Positions 61,591-64,000 of a stretch of DNA of 64,000 nucleotides are shown here, piece by piece. The stretch comes from a virus. Both the position numbers and the translations under genes were made by a program. Where the stretch lies: the IMG/VR virus record IMGVR_UViG_3300042940_001100, positions 58,321-122,320 of that record; one strand, 5' to 3'. A model generated the notes under the pieces. That model was not told the DNA's origin. It did not search any database and saw only the letters and a program-made list of their open reading frames with translations. Within the stretch, counting starts at the first letter, position 1; each line of letters opens with the position of its first letter.

Positions 61591-61824
61591 TTAAATTACT
61601 AAAGGTTGTTGTCTATCCTTTATTTCTAGTTGTAGAGCTTTGAGTCTGTCTATAGACCAATCATTTGCTTCAAGTAATTGTTCAAGAGTCATATCTATCT
61701 CTTCTAAACAGATCTTGTCTATCTCTTTTAGAATATTAGTTATACCCTTAATCATATTCTCTTCTTTAGCCAATAACAGTTCTAACTGTATATTTGACTG
61801 TGTACTTAAGTCTAGTTTTGTCAT
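61591..61824 (-). CDS. Small coiled-coil hypothetical protein
   Basis: 77-aa ORF; CAACTCAA-ATG start. Confidence 0.6.
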   Translation of the reverse strand: MTKLDLSTQSNIQLELLLAKEENMIKGITNILKEIDKICLEEIDMTLEQLLEANDWSIDRLKALQLEIKDRQQPLVI

Positions 61825-61962
61825 TTGAGTTGGGGTTTTAAGTTGATTAATAAATAAGTTTTAGATTTCCCGAGCAGGGATAGTGCATAACTATGTGCTC
61901 AGGTGAAGGTGATGATTAGTTCATACATTCTTCATGGTCTCTTCCTAGGTAGACCTTTGTAT

Positions 61963-62112
61963 ATAATAGACCAGAGTGTTTAGCCATGGAGCGGTCCCAC
62001 CTTCAGGAATAATAGGATTGGGATTTCCCTCCTTAATGGTACACTTTGTACTTTTAGCCTATTTGCTTATTGGCTTGACCCCTTTGACATGCACTCTGGT
62101 CTACTATTTAAT
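61963..62112 (-). ncRNA. Scaffold RNA repeat, copy C
   Basis: AUAGUAGACCAGAGUG-CAUGUC [about 100 nt] GGC-UAAA-CACUCUGGUCUAUUAU, with a compensatory U-A to G-C change relative to copies A and B. Confidence 0.7.
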
Positions 62113-62937
62113 GTATTAGATACTCTAACAAGTTGCTGGAATCAAACCAGAGCAGCCTTTACCATAACCCACTCTTCTATAGTATAGAAGCTATGAGTTA
62201 AAAATTAGAGTATACTTTATGCGTCCTATCTAACCCTCTATTAGGTTGCGGACAATAATATGTAGCCAAGGTTATTAGATGATATATACTATAGTATCCT
62301 ACAGCCAACAATGAACAAGATCATTGCGTGGAGTATATAACAGTACTCTAATAACCCTTATAGGCCAAGTTCTTAATAATTTCAAAGTGGCGGATTCTTT
62401 CTACTAACCATATATAGTAGTAATAGATATATAGAATATTATAGGGTTAGTATAGGCATAGTAGTATAGATCTTGTAGCCATATTATGACCCGCCAAAAT
62501 TTATAGGGATTTTAGGTGTTATGGGTTAATAAAGAATTGTGTATGAGGTAGTTAGCTCAAAACAAACACCCTTTCTTGTGTAATATTTACACCCACACAC
62601 AACTAATAAAGTATTATCTCCATGTCATCACAGTGTGCTTGTTCTATATATAGGGAGATGATACACCATGCTACCACCATAATGCTAACTAATTGATTAT
62701 CAGTACAAAGTTTCACAGCTCTCACATCTTTGTCTCAATTCTCTATATATAGAGAGAGACAAGAACTCACAGTTCACACACATAATCGACCTGTTGCTAT
62801 TCTACCCCCTTTGTTTAAACAATGTTTGATACTTGTACTATATATAAAGTATACACACAACCTGTACATATTACCAACTACTCTGTGTATACTATATATA
62901 TATATGTATGTATACTATATATATCTGTACCTCTGTG

Positions 62938-62973
62938 AAAAAAAAACTATACAGGTATTACCCTGTATAGTTT
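62938..62973 (-). terminator. Intrinsic terminator
   Basis: AAACUAUACAGG-GUAAUA-CCUGUAUAGUUU followed by a U-tract. Confidence 0.8.
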
Positions 62974-62983
62974 ATGTGAGAAC

Positions 62984-63319
62984 TTAGAAAGCCTTGTTCA
63001 AGTTAGCTTGGCTACTTGCTACGGCTGCATTGCTTGGGCGAGTAGAAGCTATAAGGTTATCATTGTTACCGCCTGCCTTATGAAGCATTTTGAAGGTCTC
63101 GCCTGTCTCTTCATCAGTGATATCAGAGATTACATAGTCAGGACTAATTGCTTTAGTCTGTCTAATCTCTGCTTCAATCTTTGAAGATACTGCACCAATA
63201 GGTGTACCTGCTTCATCAGTAAGGAACAATGAACCTGTCTTTGGGTTGTTAATTACTGATACAAAGATACCTTTGTTACCTAATTGTGCTACTGTTTGGG
63301 TGTTGCTGAAAGTTGCCAT
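62984..63319 (-). CDS. Hypothetical protein (111 aa)
   Basis: Likely start MATFSNTQ at 63319; followed by a terminator. Confidence 0.7.
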   Translation of the reverse strand: MATFSNTQTVAQLGNKGIFVSVINNPKTGSLFLTDEAGTPIGAVSSKIEAEIRQTKAISPDYVISDITDEETGETFKMLHKAGGNNDNLIASTRPSNAAVASSQANLNKAF

Positions 63320-63541
63320 GTGAATTGAGATATAGGTTTTACTGAGAAAACAGCAATAACTGTTTTTACCCAACTATATCACACTCAATAAAGAGTTACA
63401 CAAAAAAAACAGTTACATAAAAAAAACATAAGAGTAATGCTTGTACAGTATATTAAAGTGCGGTTGCTCCACCGGTGAGTATCCCACTACCACTCATTTT
63501 AACATATTTACACTAGTAAAAAAAAGAAGAGCCCTAAGGCC

Positions 63542-63844
63542 CTAATCTTTTACAGGTTCTGCTATCTTCTTAAGGATATAGTGAAACTCTTGGTGGAAGT
63601 CTCGGCTATCTCCTTTATCTACAGCACTATACCAATTGGTTTTGTCTATGATAAACAAAGACTTAACATGTAGATACAACCAATCTCTGTAATCCTCATC
63701 AGAGGTTAAATGCTTACAAACAGCACTGCCTCCGAATGTTAGACATAATTGTACATTACCTCTAACACCTAAGTCAAGGTATAGAACACGGTCATGGTCT
63801 CCGCCATAACAAGTATATTCTTTAGTTATTATTGCTTTAGTCAT
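63542..63844 (-). CDS. Hypothetical protein
   Basis: 100-aa ORF. Confidence 0.65.
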   Translation of the reverse strand: MTKAIITKEYTCYGGDHDRVLYLDLGVRGNVQLCLTFGGSAVCKHLTSDEDYRDWLYLHVKSLFIIDKTNWYSAVDKGDSRDFHQEFHYILKKIAEPVKD

Positions 63845-63915
63845 AGTTGTTTAGTTTTAATTGGTTATCATCATAGTAAAGAGTTAATATAAAACATAAG
63901 AGTATAGTATATGAG

Positions 63916-63945
63916 AAAAAAAGAAAGGGGCTATATGCCCCAATC
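63916..63945 (-). terminator. Intrinsic terminator overlapping the stop of a partial ORF
   Basis: GGGGC-AUAUA-GCCCC-UUUCUUUUUUU; an ORF (...EEEIREIENEEDYYYGDWGI*) enters from the window end and stops at 63931. Confidence 0.65.
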
Positions 63946-64000
63946 TCCATAATAATAGTCTTCTTCATTTTCTATCTCTCTTATCTCTTCCTCTAAGAAG

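Noticed and set aside
62730-62987. 85-aa plus-strand ORF
   Set aside because: Translation of TA-repeat, low-complexity sequence that crosses a terminator.
1-64000. Stop-codon reassignment, common in crAss-like phages
   Set aside because: ORFs up to 4307 aa are intact in the standard code, and TAA, TAG and TGA all end genes at plausible boundaries.

Overview
AT-rich 64 kb segment of a crAss-like (Crassvirales-related) dsDNA phage, probably infecting Bacteroidota (TAnnTTTG promoter elements, Bacteroidota-type ClpS), read in the standard genetic code. The + strand (1-25.1 kb) carries four giant virion/ejected-type proteins, including a 4307-aa virion RNA polymerase (DFDVDK) with an HExxH peptidase and C-terminal ASCH, SLOG and AlkB-like modules. 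The - strand (25.2-56 kb) holds replication and recombination genes: a family B DNA polymerase split in two by an intron-less GIY-YIG gene, primase, DnaB, SSB, RecT-like, exonuclease, UDG, AAA+/VWA, ClpS, SF2 helicase, ParB-like pair and many small ORFs. The last 8 kb is unusually rich in non-coding RNA. The main candidate for an undescribed system is a cassette of hammerhead ribozyme, 306-aa helical protein and a ~340-nt closed structured RNA displaying ten tandem hexamers. The same region has three copies of a scaffold RNA with a constant covarying stem and variable interior, and a tRNA-like RNA with an enlarged anticodon arm. All assignments come from reading motifs and pairing bases by eye; no searches or folding programs were run.
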